A DNA stretch of 63,485 nucleotides, the filler included, from an uncultured Gemmatimonadota bacterium (GTDB taxonomy: Bacteria; Blakebacterota; Blakebacteria; Blakebacterales; Blakebacteraceae): assembly GCA_964576115.1 (NCBI GenBank). It is 5 parts of 5 records of this genome, joined end to end, with 100 filler letters (N's around TTAATTAATTAA, not from the genome) between each part and the next. Parts side by side here need not be neighbours in the genome. Positions count along the whole stretch, not along the records: positions 43,926 to 58,231 come from CAZNUA010000072.1; 4 more parts are not named here. One strand, written 5' to 3'. The notes below the pieces were generated by a model. It searched no databases and was not told where the DNA came from. It worked only from the letters and a program-made list of their open reading frames with translations. The translations under genes were made by a program, and so were the position numbers. Of the stretch, positions 48,024 through 58,331 are shown in pieces. Each line of letters opens with the position of its first letter. The first letter of the stretch is position 1.

Positions 48024-48228
48024 GTATTCAGTACGGCCCAGCCGGTGTAACGGTCAGGTAGCGATTGAAACTCCGGCGGCTTCCGGACATACTTGTGCCC
48101 TGTCGGTAACGCTTTGTCAGGCGACAGTTGTAGGATTCTTGCGTCGCCACAATGCGAACGGTATGACACCGTATTGCAGCTCCTATCCAACCCCGAGAAT
48201 CCGCCGGGGTGACGAGCGCGAGGTTTGT

Positions 48229-50478
48229 ATGACCCGATCCCGAACGATCACCGGTTACTGCCTGACCGTCTGTCTGGTATTCTGCCTCTTGAGGCCGACG
48301 GGGGCGAGGGCGCAGGTCCAGACACACCAGCACCCGATCGTTCCCCGGCTCACCGGACCCGTCACCCTCGACGGACCGAGCGACGAGCCCGCCTGGCAGG
48401 CAATCGAACCGCTGCCCCTTGTCACCCAGTCACCCTATTTCGGGAATCCGCCGTCGGAGGCAACCGAGGTCCGCCTGGCTCATGACGATGAGTTCATCTA
48501 CCTGGCCGGACGTCTGTGGGATGATCCTGAGGATATCCGGGGGTTCTCGCTCAAGAGGGATGAACTGGCACCGTACAACGACTATTTCGGGATCATCCTC
48601 GACACCTTCAACGACAACGAGAACGCCCTGGCGTTCTTCACCACCCCGGCGGGTATCCGGCTCGATTTCACCATCGCCAACGACGCCCAACCCGTCGATC
48701 CGGATGATGCGCCCCTGAATCTGAGCTGGGACACCTTCTGGGATGCGGCCGTCACGACGACCGCCGAGGGCTGGTTCGCCGAGTTGCGGATTCCGTTGTC
48801 GAGCCTGCGCTTTGACGACAGTGGTGATGAGGTCGTCATGGGAGTATTGATCTGGCGAAATATTGCCAGCATCCCCGAGGTCGACATATTCCCGGCGGTC
48901 GATATGACGCGTGGTGACTGGAGCAGTTTCACCCCCTCCCGGGGGCAGGACATGGTCTTCCGGAATCTGCACAGCCACCGGCCGGTGTACCTGACCCCCT
49001 ACCTGCTGGGGGGTGAAGGGATCACCCACGAACTGAACGATCCCGAGACAGCCTGGCTGCGGGACCGGACCCGCACCCGGGAAGCCGGACTGGATCTGAA
49101 ATACTGTCTGACCGGCAACCTGACCCTCGATGTGACGCTGAACACCGATTTCGCCCAGGTCGAGGCCGACGACCAGCAGGTCAACCTGACCCGCTATTCA
49201 CTCTTTTTCCCCGAGAAGCGCCGCTTTTTTCAGGAACGATCGAGCAACTTCACCGTGAACCTGGGCGGCAACCAGAGCCTTTTTTACAGCCGTCGGATCG
49301 GTCTGTATGAAGGCGAGAAGATCCCGATTCTGGGCGGCGTGCGGCTGGTCGGACGGCTGGGACGCTGGGACGTGGGCGCCCTGACGATGCAGACCGCCGA
49401 GAGCAGCGAACTGCCTTCGGAAAATTTCGGTGTCATGCGCCTGCGCCGGCAGATCTTCAACGAAAATTCCTACCTGGGCGGGATCGTCACCAGCCGTATC
49501 GGCACCGACGGCAGCCGGAATCTGACCTGGGGCCTGGATGGGATCATCAGAGTCTTCGGAGATGATTATCTGAACCTGAACCTGGCCCGCACCTCTGAGA
49601 GGGGCACTGAGTGCGGCGTACTCGCAACCGATCCGTGGTGGTTGTCCCTGCTGTGGGAGCGACGCCGGCAGAAGGGATTCTTCTACAGCGGATCGGTGGC
49701 CCGTTCCGGGGCGGCCTTCAACCCGGCGGCGGGATTCATGATGCTCGAAGATTACCGTGAGATCCGGGCCGCTGTCGGGCACGGCTGGATCGCCGCCGAT
49801 GAGAGAGCACCTTTCATCCAGAGCAGCATTACCGGTTCAGGAATGATCATGGCGAACGATTCCGACGGCAGCCTGCGGACCGGGGAGTTCACTCTCACCG
49901 GGACCGCGCTGACCTCCAGCGCCTGGGCCTTCGGCGCCGGGGTGAAAACGGCGACCGAAAATCTGGACGATGAATTCGAGCTCGCCGATGATATCATCGT
50001 GCCGGTCGGCCGTTACTCCTTCGGTCTCTTCGAGGGGTACATCCTGTCGCCGGGCGGGCGGTTGATGAGCGCCAATCTCATCTTCACCGCCGGGGGCTAT
50101 TTCGACGGCCGGCGGATCAGTCTGACCTGCGTCCCCACCTGGAGCGTGTCCGAGTACCTGAACCTGCAGGGTTTTTATCAGCTCAACCGGGCCGATTTTC
50201 CCGATCGGGACCAGGCCTTCGCGGCCCACATCGCCCGCCTGCGACTGCAGCTTACCTTCTCCACCCGGCTCTCCCTGCTCAGCTTTGTGCAGTACAACAG
50301 CGCCGCTGATGTCCTGGTTGCCAATCTGCGTCTGCGATACAACCCGCGCGAGGGCACCGACCTCTACCTGGTGTACAATGAGGGTCTCAACACCGACCGG
50401 CTGGCGGAGGTCCCCCCCCGCCCCTTCACCGGCGACCGCACCCTGATGCTCAAGTACGCCTGCACCTTCATTCTCTGA
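48229..50478 (+). CDS. DUF5916 / CBM9-like outer-membrane protein
   Basis: Signal peptide, LDGPSDEPAW, ELRIPLSSLRF, NTDFAQVEAD, FFPEKRRFF, YSRRIG. Confidence 0.85.
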   Translation: MTRSRTITGYCLTVCLVFCLLRPTGARAQVQTHQHPIVPRLTGPVTLDGPSDEPAWQAIEPLPLVTQSPYFGNPPSEATEVRLAHDDEFIYLAGRLWDDPEDIRGFSLKRDELAPYNDYFGIILDTFNDNENALAFFTTPAGIRLDFTIANDAQPVDPDDAPLNLSWDTFWDAAVTTTAEGWFAELRIPLSSLRFDDSGDEVVMGVLIWRNIASIPEVDIFPAVDMTRGDWSSFTPSRGQDMVFRNLHSHRPVYLTPYLLGGEGITHELNDPETAWLRDRTRTREAGLDLKYCLTGNLTLDVTLNTDFAQVEADDQQVNLTRYSLFFPEKRRFFQERSSNFTVNLGGNQSLFYSRRIGLYEGEKIPILGGVRLVGRLGRWDVGALTMQTAESSELPSENFGVMRLRRQIFNENSYLGGIVTSRIGTDGSRNLTWGLDGIIRVFGDDYLNLNLARTSERGTECGVLATDPWWLSLLWERRRQKGFFYSGSVARSGAAFNPAAGFMMLEDYREIRAAVGHGWIAADERAPFIQSSITGSGMIMANDSDGSLRTGEFTLTGTALTSSAWAFGAGVKTATENLDDEFELADDIIVPVGRYSFGLFEGYILSPGGRLMSANLIFTAGGYFDGRRISLTCVPTWSVSEYLNLQGFYQLNRADFPDRDQAFAAHIARLRLQLTFSTRLSLLSFVQYNSAADVLVANLRLRYNPREGTDLYLVYNEGLNTDRLAEVPPRPFTGDRTLMLKYACTFIL

Positions 50479-51952
50479 GAGCGATCAGCCGCGCCACGTT
50501 CTGCCCGCACAATACGACCATGGGCATGCCCCCCCCCGGATTGACCGAGCCCCCCACGAAATAAAGATTGGCATAGCGGGTGCTCTGCTTGGGAGCCTTG
50601 AAGGCGTAGTTCCGGAAGCGGTCGGAGACCACCCCGTAGATAGAGCCGCGGTTGGAGTAGTAGCGCTCCCGGATGTCGAGCGGGGTCCAGACATGCTCGA
50701 AGACCGTATGCCGACGCAAATCGGTCAGCCCCATCCGCTCGAGTTTATCGACGATGCGCTCCTTGAAGGCCAGGTAATCGCTCTGCTGGAGCGGGTGCTC
50801 CTCGTCGATGTAGGGGATGTGCGGCAGAATCTTCAGACAGTCGCAGCCTGCCGGGGCCACTGTGGGATCGGTCCGCGAGGCGGCCACCAGGTAGATGGTC
50901 GGGTCATCGGGCAGCTGCCGGTCGCGGAAAACGGTCCTGAAATGCTCACGCTGATCGCCGGAGAAAAAGAAGTTGTGGTGAGCCAGCTGCGGGTACTGCG
51001 TGTCAAGCCCCAGGTCGAGGATAAGTCCCGAACAGGCCGGTTCGAACTTGCGCAAACGGCGCAGAAACGACTCGTCCTCTCCAAGCAGGTCGCGGTAGGC
51101 GGGAATGACTTCCATGTTCGACACGACCACCTCGGCCGGCACTGACCGTCCGTCGGCCAGCTTCAGGCCCCGAACCCGGTCAGCCTCGGTTTCGATGGCC
51201 GTGACCTCCGCCTTCAGGTGCACCGTGATGCCGATTTCCTCCATGAGCCGCTCGAGGCCGCGGGCCAGGTTGTACATGCCGCCATCCACATACCAGAGGT
51301 CGTAGCGGAACTGGATGGTGGGCAGGCAGTTCATGAAGGCCGGGGCGCGCAGGGCCGAGGAACCCACGTACTTGATGAAGAAATCGAAAATGTCACGCAT
51401 CCGGCGACTGCGCAGGAAGCGGCCGGTGCCGCCGTGCATGCTGCGCAACAGATCGAAGCGCGGAAAGGTACGCAGACCGTAGAAACGGCGGAGATCGGCG
51501 GCGGTATCGAGACCCTGCGCGAAGTAGCCGCGGTCGACCAGATCGTACAGGTCGGCCGAGTAGCGCAGAAAGGCTTCGACGGCGGCCGGATCTTCGCCCG
51601 CTTTGCGGGCCTCTTCGGCCATGCGTTCAGGTTCGGGATAGAGGTCGATGACAGTTCCATCCTCGAAGAAATTGCGCCAGTGCGGACGCAGCGTACGGAG
51701 CTCAACGTAGTCGGAGAGCTGCTTTCCAGAACGGGTAAAGAGCCGTTCGAAGATGTGCGGCAGGGTCAGGATCGAGGGGCCGAGATCGAAGGTGTAGCCT
51801 TCGGCTTCAAGCAGGTTCAGTTTGCCGCCGAGGCGGTCGTTCTTCTCGAAGACCTCGACCCGAAAGCCTTCCTGAGCCAGCGAGATGGCGGCCGAGATAC
51901 CGCCCAGGCCCGCCCCGATGATAGCGACGTGCTTCCCGTTTTCTCCGGTCAT
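50468..51952 (-). CDS. crtP: Phytoene-desaturase family, diapocarotenoid oxygenase CrtP/CrtNb-like
   Basis: IIGAGLGGISAAI, FDLGPSILTLPHIFE, WRNFFEDGTVIDLY, KYVGSS, NMEVIPAY, LKILPHIP, GGSVNPGGGMPMV. Confidence 0.78.
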   Translation of the reverse strand: MTGENGKHVAIIGAGLGGISAAISLAQEGFRVEVFEKNDRLGGKLNLLEAEGYTFDLGPSILTLPHIFERLFTRSGKQLSDYVELRTLRPHWRNFFEDGTVIDLYPEPERMAEEARKAGEDPAAVEAFLRYSADLYDLVDRGYFAQGLDTAADLRRFYGLRTFPRFDLLRSMHGGTGRFLRSRRMRDIFDFFIKYVGSSALRAPAFMNCLPTIQFRYDLWYVDGGMYNLARGLERLMEEIGITVHLKAEVTAIETEADRVRGLKLADGRSVPAEVVVSNMEVIPAYRDLLGEDESFLRRLRKFEPACSGLILDLGLDTQYPQLAHHNFFFSGDQREHFRTVFRDRQLPDDPTIYLVAASRTDPTVAPAGCDCLKILPHIPYIDEEHPLQQSDYLAFKERIVDKLERMGLTDLRRHTVFEHVWTPLDIRERYYSNRGSIYGVVSDRFRNYAFKAPKQSTRYANLYFVGGSVNPGGGMPMVVLCGQNVARLIALRE

Positions 51953-51995
51953 GGCTTTCGACCCCCCCGGTTGGCTGAACCCGTCAGCGTGAACC

Positions 51996-52024
51996 TTGAC
52001 GCTACAACAGCCCGCATCGATAAT
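51996..52024 (+). promoter_or_regulatory. Putative sigma-70 promoter
   Basis: TTGACG-N17-GATAAT upstream of the aldehyde dehydrogenase. Confidence 0.55.
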
Positions 52025-52061
52025 GCAACGATCCCGACCCGGAGCCGGAGGCCAAGGCCAG

Positions 52062-53444
52062 ATGGATTACGGTCCCTTGATCGCATGCCAGCGCGCCTTC
52101 TTCGATGAGGGGCGCACCCTCGGTCTCGACTTCCGGCGCCGGCAACTGGACCTGCTCGGGCAGGTCATCAGCGATCGCGAGCCCGACCTGCTCGAGGCTC
52201 TGCGAGCCGATCTCGGCAAACCGGCCCTCGAGGCGTACACCTCCGAGATCGGCTTCGTCCTCAGCGACATTGACCACGCCCGTCGCCGACTCCGGGCCTG
52301 GATGCGTGCCCGGGCGCACCGAACGCCGCCGATCGCCTGGCCCGGCCGGAGCCTGAGCCGGCCCCAACCCTACGGTGTCGCTCTCATCCTGGGACCGTGG
52401 AACTACCCCTTCCAGCTGCTTTTCTCCCCCCTGGTGGGGGCTCTGGCGGCTGGCAACTGCGTCTGTCTGAAACCTTCCGAATACGCTCCCCACACCTCGG
52501 CCCTGATCGCGGAGATGCTGACCGGTGCGTTCGAACCGGAGCACCTGCTCGTTATCGAGGGCGATGCCGACACCGCCCGGGCCCTGCTCGCCGAACGCTT
52601 CGATTATATCTTCTTCACGGGCAGTACCGCCGTCGGCCGCGAGGTCATGGCCGCCGCTGCCCGTCGGACGATCCCGGTGACGCTCGAACTGGGGGGCAAG
52701 TCCCCCTGCCTGGTGTGCGCCGACGCCGATCCGGACCTCACTGCCCGACGCATCCTGTGGGGCAAGTGCCTGAACGCCGGCCAGACCTGCGCGGCTCCCG
52801 ACTACGTGCTGGCCGACAGGCGGATCCAACCGGAGCTGCTGGCATCCTTCACCGCAGCGTATGACCGTTTTTTCCCCGATTCACCGCGCTCGAGCCCCGA
52901 CCTGGGCCGGATCGTGAACCACCGGCATTTCGACCGGCTGAGGGGGTACCTGGCGCAGGGCCGGGTGATCCTGGGGGGAGAGCACGACGCCGACGATCTC
53001 TTCCTGGCGCCCACGGTCATGACCGGAGTCGACCCCGAATCGCCGCTGATGCAGGAGGAGATCTTCGGCCCCATCCTGCCCGTGCTGACTTTCGATTCCC
53101 TCGATTCGGCCCTCGAGATGCTGCGTCGGCGTCCGCAGCCGCTGGCGCTCTATATCTTCACCTCTGACCGGGCGACCGCCGACCGGATTGTGACCCGAAC
53201 ATCCTCGGGGGGTGTCGCCATCAACGACACTGTTTCGCAGATCATGGGCAAGAACCTGCCCCTGGGTGGGATCGGAGAGAGCGGTCTGGGTTCGTACCGC
53301 GGCCGGGCGAGTTTCGACACCTTCACTCACTACCGCAGCATCCTGCGTCGGGGAACCGCTATCGACCCCGGTTTCCGCTATCCCCCCTCGCGGGTTTCCC
53401 TGACCACCCTGAAACGGGTGTACCGTTTTCTGCTGGGTCGCTGA
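52062..53444 (+). CDS. Aldehyde dehydrogenase (class 3, AldH-like)
   Basis: PWNYP, FFTGST, LELGGKSP, NAGQTCAAPDY, EEIFGP; GGAGG RBS. Confidence 0.93.
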   Translation: MDYGPLIACQRAFFDEGRTLGLDFRRRQLDLLGQVISDREPDLLEALRADLGKPALEAYTSEIGFVLSDIDHARRRLRAWMRARAHRTPPIAWPGRSLSRPQPYGVALILGPWNYPFQLLFSPLVGALAAGNCVCLKPSEYAPHTSALIAEMLTGAFEPEHLLVIEGDADTARALLAERFDYIFFTGSTAVGREVMAAAARRTIPVTLELGGKSPCLVCADADPDLTARRILWGKCLNAGQTCAAPDYVLADRRIQPELLASFTAAYDRFFPDSPRSSPDLGRIVNHRHFDRLRGYLAQGRVILGGEHDADDLFLAPTVMTGVDPESPLMQEEIFGPILPVLTFDSLDSALEMLRRRPQPLALYIFTSDRATADRIVTRTSSGGVAINDTVSQIMGKNLPLGGIGESGLGSYRGRASFDTFTHYRSILRRGTAIDPGFRYPPSRVSLTTLKRVYRFLLGR

Positions 53445-53495
53445 AGCTGCGTCTCCCGATCCGGCCGCCCGGCCGGTTCCGCCGGGCCGCCCAGT

Positions 53496-55607
53496 TCAGT
53501 TCCCCCCCGTCAGACCCCGCTTGGCCAGCAGGGCGTCGATCTCGGGATTGCGCCCGCGGAAGGCCCGGTACATCTCCATCCCCGGCCTGGTGCCGCCGCG
53601 GCTCAGGACCTCGGAGCGCAGGCGGGCCGCCACCTCGCGGTTGAAGAGGTCGGTCTCCTTGAAAGCCTGGAAAGCATCGGCGTCGAGCACCTCGGCCCAG
53701 ATATAGGCGTAGTACCCGGCCGAGTACCCGCCCGAGAAGATGTGCTGGAAGTACCCTGAACGGTAGCGGGGCGGGATCTGCCCGATCAGACCGATCCGGC
53801 CCATCTCGGCCCGCTCGAAGGCCCGGGCGTCTTTCTCTTCCGCATCGCTCAGGGTATGCCAGGCCAGATCGAGGTAGGAGGCCGCCAGGTACTCGACGGT
53901 GGCAAATCCCTGACCGAACTGCCCGGCCGCCAGGATCTTCTCGAGCAGTTCATCGGGAATCAGCTCGCCGGTCTCATAGTGCCGGGCGTAGGAGCGGATC
54001 ACCTCCGGCTCACTCATCCAGTTCTCCATGATCTGGGAGGGGAACTCCACAAAATCGCGGGGTACGGCGGTGCCGCTCAGGCTCTCATAGGTCACATCGG
54101 AGAAGAGCCCGTGCAGGGCGTGCCCGAATTCGTGCGCCAGGGTCAGGGCATCGTCGAAGGAGATGAGCGAGGGAGTGTCGCCGCTGGGCGGTGGAAAGTT
54201 GAAATTGGTCGTCACGACCGCTTTGACCTCGCCGTCGACCTTCGACTGAGCCCGCAGATCGTTCATCCAGGCCCCGCCCCGCTTGCTCTCCCGGGCGTAG
54301 AAATCCATGTAGAGCACGCCCAGGTGCGTGCCGTCGGCTTCGGCGACCTCGAAGGCCTGCTGGTCGGGGTGCCAGCGCGGCAGGTCGGGGAGTTCGGTGA
54401 ACTCGAGGCCCCAGAGCCGGGTCGCCAGTTCGAAGACCCCATCGCGCACGGCCTCGACCTGGAAGTAGGGACGGATCTCCTCCTCGTTCAGGGCATAGCG
54501 TTCCCGACGCACCTTCTCGGCATAGTAGCGCCAGTCCCAGCCTTCGAGCTCACCCGCGATCCCGTCGGCACGCATGATCTGCTGCAAAGCCCGACGTTCA
54601 TCTTCGGCGACACGCAGGGCCGGCCGCCAGATCTGGTCGAGGAAGCCGTACACGTTGGCCGGGGTCCGGGCCATGTTGTCGGAGAGAATGAAGTGGGCGT
54701 GGGTTTCGTACCCCATCAGGGCCGCCCGCTCGGCCCGCAGGGCGGCGATGCGGGCCAGTATCCGCTTGTTGTCGTTCTCGTTGTCATTGTCACCGCGCAT
54801 GACGTAGCCCTCGAACACGCGGCGCCGGAATTCGCGGTTGGGAGAATACTGCAGGAAAGGATTGCAGCTGGGGCGCTGGAGAGTGAACGACCAGCCTTCG
54901 TCGTGCCCCCGGCGGCGGGCCTCATCGGCCGCAGCGGCCACCAGGCTCGCGGGCAGATCGCCCAGGTCGGCCCGGTCGGTAACATGGAGCTCGAAGGCAT
55001 TGGTATCAGCGAGCAGATTCTTACCGAAAGCCTGGGAGAGTTCGGCGATCTCGGCGTTGATCTCCCGCAGCCGGGCTCGCGCCTGCTCTCCAAGGCTCAC
55101 CCCGCTGCGCACGAAGCCCTTGTGCGTTTCCTCGAGCAGGCGATGCTGCTCCGGCGTCAGGTCGAGGGCATCGCGCCGCTCGTACACCGCCCGCACCCGC
55201 TCATACAGCTCCTGATTCAGATTGATGTCGTCGGCGTGCGCGGCACGTTCGGGAGCCAGGGTCGTGGCCGTTTCCTCGATCGACTCGTTGGAATGAGCCG
55301 ACTGCACCGCACCGAAAACGCTCGCCACCCTGGTGTAGAGCCGGCCGCTACGATCCAGGGCCACGATGGTGTTCTCGAAGGTCGGATCCGCGGGATCGGC
55401 GATGATGGCTTCGATCTCGGCCGTGTGACGGGCCATCGCTTCGCGGAAAGCCGGCAGGTAGTGTTCGTTCTCGATCCGGTCGAAGGGCGGCACGCCGAAG
55501 GCGGTGTTCCATTCCTCCTCCAGGAGAGGGTTGCCCCCCCCTGAGGAACAGGCGACGGCGGCAGCCAGCAGAACAGCGACGGAGATGACACGGAGAGCTG
55601 ATTTCAT
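53496..55607 (-). CDS. dcp: M3 peptidyl-dipeptidase (Dcp-like), lipoprotein
   Basis: Lipobox AVAC, PPFDRI, KRGGAWM, HEFGHALH, DFVEFPSQ, HIFSGGYSAGYYAY. Confidence 0.9.
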   Translation of the reverse strand: MKSALRVISVAVLLAAAVACSSGGGNPLLEEEWNTAFGVPPFDRIENEHYLPAFREAMARHTAEIEAIIADPADPTFENTIVALDRSGRLYTRVASVFGAVQSAHSNESIEETATTLAPERAAHADDINLNQELYERVRAVYERRDALDLTPEQHRLLEETHKGFVRSGVSLGEQARARLREINAEIAELSQAFGKNLLADTNAFELHVTDRADLGDLPASLVAAAADEARRRGHDEGWSFTLQRPSCNPFLQYSPNREFRRRVFEGYVMRGDNDNENDNKRILARIAALRAERAALMGYETHAHFILSDNMARTPANVYGFLDQIWRPALRVAEDERRALQQIMRADGIAGELEGWDWRYYAEKVRRERYALNEEEIRPYFQVEAVRDGVFELATRLWGLEFTELPDLPRWHPDQQAFEVAEADGTHLGVLYMDFYARESKRGGAWMNDLRAQSKVDGEVKAVVTTNFNFPPPSGDTPSLISFDDALTLAHEFGHALHGLFSDVTYESLSGTAVPRDFVEFPSQIMENWMSEPEVIRSYARHYETGELIPDELLEKILAAGQFGQGFATVEYLAASYLDLAWHTLSDAEEKDARAFERAEMGRIGLIGQIPPRYRSGYFQHIFSGGYSAGYYAYIWAEVLDADAFQAFKETDLFNREVAARLRSEVLSRGGTRPGMEMYRAFRGRNPEIDALLAKRGLTGGN

Positions 55608-55797
55608 GGACGGGAACTCCTTGCATGATGCAGCGGGAACGGGACCGCGCGGGCGGCCGGGATTCGCCTCTGCGTGAGTGTAATACACCCGGCCGGACTG
55701 AGCCAGAGGACTGTCACCGAGCGATGCGGAATGTGTGACGGGAATCGACCTGCGGCGGACGCCGATCCGGCCGGCAGGACTGATAATCAGCTCCCGC

Positions 55798-56265
55798 TCA
55801 GAGCAGGACCCGGCGCTCGCTCCAGGCGAGGATCGAGGCCGGGAGGATATGCGAGAGATAGATAAAGACGATGAAAATGACATTGCCGAGAGTAAAATCA
55901 CCCTCGGGATCCCGCAGGTCGGATAAGAAGTCGAAGCTGAGGTTCAGGATCAGGATGTAGAGCAGGGCCATGACCGTGAAAGTGGCATAGGAGAGCCGCA
56001 GGGAGCGGTGGATCAGCTGCACTTCCCGCTCATCGAGCTGGTCGAGTTTCAGGTGAACGAACCGCCACAGGCCGGTCCGGCCGTACACCTGCATGAAGGT
56101 CAGAATGAAGAGTATGAGGCTGACGGCAATACCGGCGATCGGCCAGCCGGAGCCCCACCCGTATTCACTCGCCATGATGGAAAAGGCGAGCAGGGCAAGG
56201 CTGACGTAGTTGAGAACGACACCGGTTCTGCGCCCGGTACGGGAGAGTGGCTGGGTCATGATCAC
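55798..56265 (-). CDS. Membrane protein (DUF2178-like), coupled to the XRE regulator
   Basis: 4 TM helices, LDEREV motif, GTGA overlap with the upstream stop. Confidence 0.78.
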   Translation of the reverse strand: MIMTQPLSRTGRRTGVVLNYVSLALLAFSIMASEYGWGSGWPIAGIAVSLILFILTFMQVYGRTGLWRFVHLKLDQLDEREVQLIHRSLRLSYATFTVMALLYILILNLSFDFLSDLRDPEGDFTLGNVIFIVFIYLSHILPASILAWSERRVLL

Positions 56266-56522
56266 GTTCCCTGGCCGCGTCGCAGATCGAGAACCTCTCT
56301 GCTCAGCGGCGGCATTGGTTCGGAGGAAAAGACCATTTCGACGGGCAGACCGAAGTATGAGCAGATACGCAGGGCCAGATCGAGACTCGGGCTGTACTCC
56401 TCGCGTTCGAGGTAGCCCACGGTCTGATAATTGACCCCGATCGCCGCTGCCAGTTCCTTGCGGGAGATGCCCATCTCCTGTCTGAGTACCCCGATACGGT
56501 TGTAGAGTTGTCGAGATTCCAT
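56262..56522 (-). CDS. XRE-family HTH transcriptional regulator
   Basis: NRIGVLRQEMGISRKELAAAIGVNYQTVGYLEREEYSPSLDLALRI. Confidence 0.92.
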   Translation of the reverse strand: MESRQLYNRIGVLRQEMGISRKELAAAIGVNYQTVGYLEREEYSPSLDLALRICSYFGLPVEMVFSSEPMPPLSREVLDLRRGQGT

Positions 56523-56528
56523 AGTCTT

Positions 56529-56558
56529 AATATAACATATTATTGTATATTTACAATA
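56529..56558 (-). promoter_or_regulatory. Leaderless promoter with overlapping operator
   Basis: TTGTAA-N16-TATATT with TG extension, ATG 6 nt after the -10; palindrome TATTGTA-N4-TACAATA (56541-56558) overlaps the -35. Confidence 0.65.
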
Positions 56559-56654
56559 TAATATATAAATAATTATACGAATCTCCGCAAGCTGGCAGAC
56601 CGTTACGGGATCGACCGGGATCACCCGCGGAGGGCAGCCTCAACAGCGGCAGAT

Positions 56655-58231
56655 TCAATAGATGAAGCGGGTATCCTCTCCGGCCAGATAAGCCTGCAGA
56701 TTCTCCTCGTGCCGCTGGATGAGAAGGTTCAGCGCCTGCGGCAAGCGGATCGTGATGATCATCCCCAGGGCGGGATTGGGAAATTCTCCGTTCGCATAGG
56801 CCAGTTCATATTCAAGCAATCGCAGCAGTGAACGCTGGGCTTCGACCGCGGCCGGAAAATCGCCGCGGGCTGCCTGCAGGCGGGCCAGCAGATGGTAGAG
56901 AAAGGCATGCATATCTCCGGGACCGGGGAGACGGAAGATCCCCTGCAGCTCCTCGATTGCCTGCCGGTACTCACGGTTCGCTTCGAGTTCGAGAATCCGG
57001 GAGATAACCTCATCGCGATCACTGGCAGGATATTCCACCTCGCCGGGGGCGATTCCCTGAATGCGATCGAGTGAGGCAACCAGAAAGGTGCGGGGATCGA
57101 TGCGCCGCTGTTGCGTATAGAGCTCGATGAAAGCCTGGCAGAGAGGGGCGGAAGAGGCCGGGATGCCGGGTGTGGTAAATACCGGCGACGAACAGGGAAC
57201 GGAATCCCCGATGATCTGGCCGGCGATAATACTCTCACCGATCGCAACCGCTGGTACAATGCCGATCAGACGAAAGGTTGTCCCCCGATATCCCTCCCTC
57301 CCCTCAATGACGATTTCGTGCCAGAATCCGCCCTTGCCGACGGCGCCGCGCAGCGCCGTGACCCGTCCCTGTACCGGCGACCGGATATGCTCCCCGGCGC
57401 GGTAGCCCAGCACAACACCGGGACAAAGACGGAAATACGGCTCCCATCCTTCCGCAGCCGGATTGATATTCTGCCCCGAAGCGGCCAGCATCAAGGCCAT
57501 GACTTCCTGGCGCTCCCGGGTGGTCTCACAGGCGGCCAGATTCACCGCAATCATATAGAGAGCATTCCGGAGCGGTTCTTCTTCGGGATACGGCACACCG
57601 AGCAGGACATCCAGTTCGTCGACCAGAGCCTGATCCATCCGGTAGAGTCGATCCACCCCCCTGACGATCCGCCCCTCTTCGAAGGCGTTCCGGATTGCCG
57701 TGCTGAAACGCGAATGTGTGACGTGATCGACAAGCTCGATCTCGAGCTGATAGGCATCGAGTTCCTCGTAGAGAAAACAGGTCAGATCCACCTTGCCGGG
57801 AGGTGCCATGGTCAGATTGAACTGGGCATGGCGCAAGGTCTGAGCGAAATAGGCTCCGGCGAAAAACGGTGTCAGGGGACGCCGGGCGAGGAGGAGAACA
57901 TCGATGTCATCCCGGTACTGGAACGGATACGTCATTTCATGCTCGGGGGGAAAAGCGATCCAGAAATGATCACCTCTCCGCCCGAATTCGCGGAGCTGTA
58001 TTTCACCACCCCAGGCCTGAGCCTGCCGACAACGCTCGCGCGCGAAATGCAGGAGGGCGGTGCCGTCCTGATGACCTTCGACAACCCGATGGACACAGGC
58101 GAAGAGATACTCAAGGTATTTTTCGTCAGAGAGCCGGCTGAACCGCTTTCCGTCCGGCTGCCTTCCCGCTCCGGGCTCGACCAGGGGTATCGATGCTGAG
58201 CACCCCGGGCAGACCAGCAAACCCGAGCTGA
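56655..58231 (-). CDS. Hypothetical protein, 5'-truncated; degenerate M23-like segment and C-terminal TPR-like helices
   Basis: Frame open to the contig end; IRSPVQGRV...GESIIAGQIIG. Confidence 0.6.
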
Positions 58232-58331
58232 NNNNNNNNNNNNNNNNNNNNNNNNNNNNNNNNNNNNNNNNNNNNTTAATTAATTAANNNNNNNNNNNNN
58301 NNNNNNNNNNNNNNNNNNNNNNNNNNNNNNN
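58232..58331. other. Artificial contig linker
   Basis: N-run, TTAATTAATTAA, N-run. Confidence 0.98.

Noticed and set aside
51972..51995. GAACCCGTCAGC resembling the 3' part of a c-di-AMP riboswitch
   Set aside because: The other conserved segments are missing and there is no room in the 109-nt spacer.
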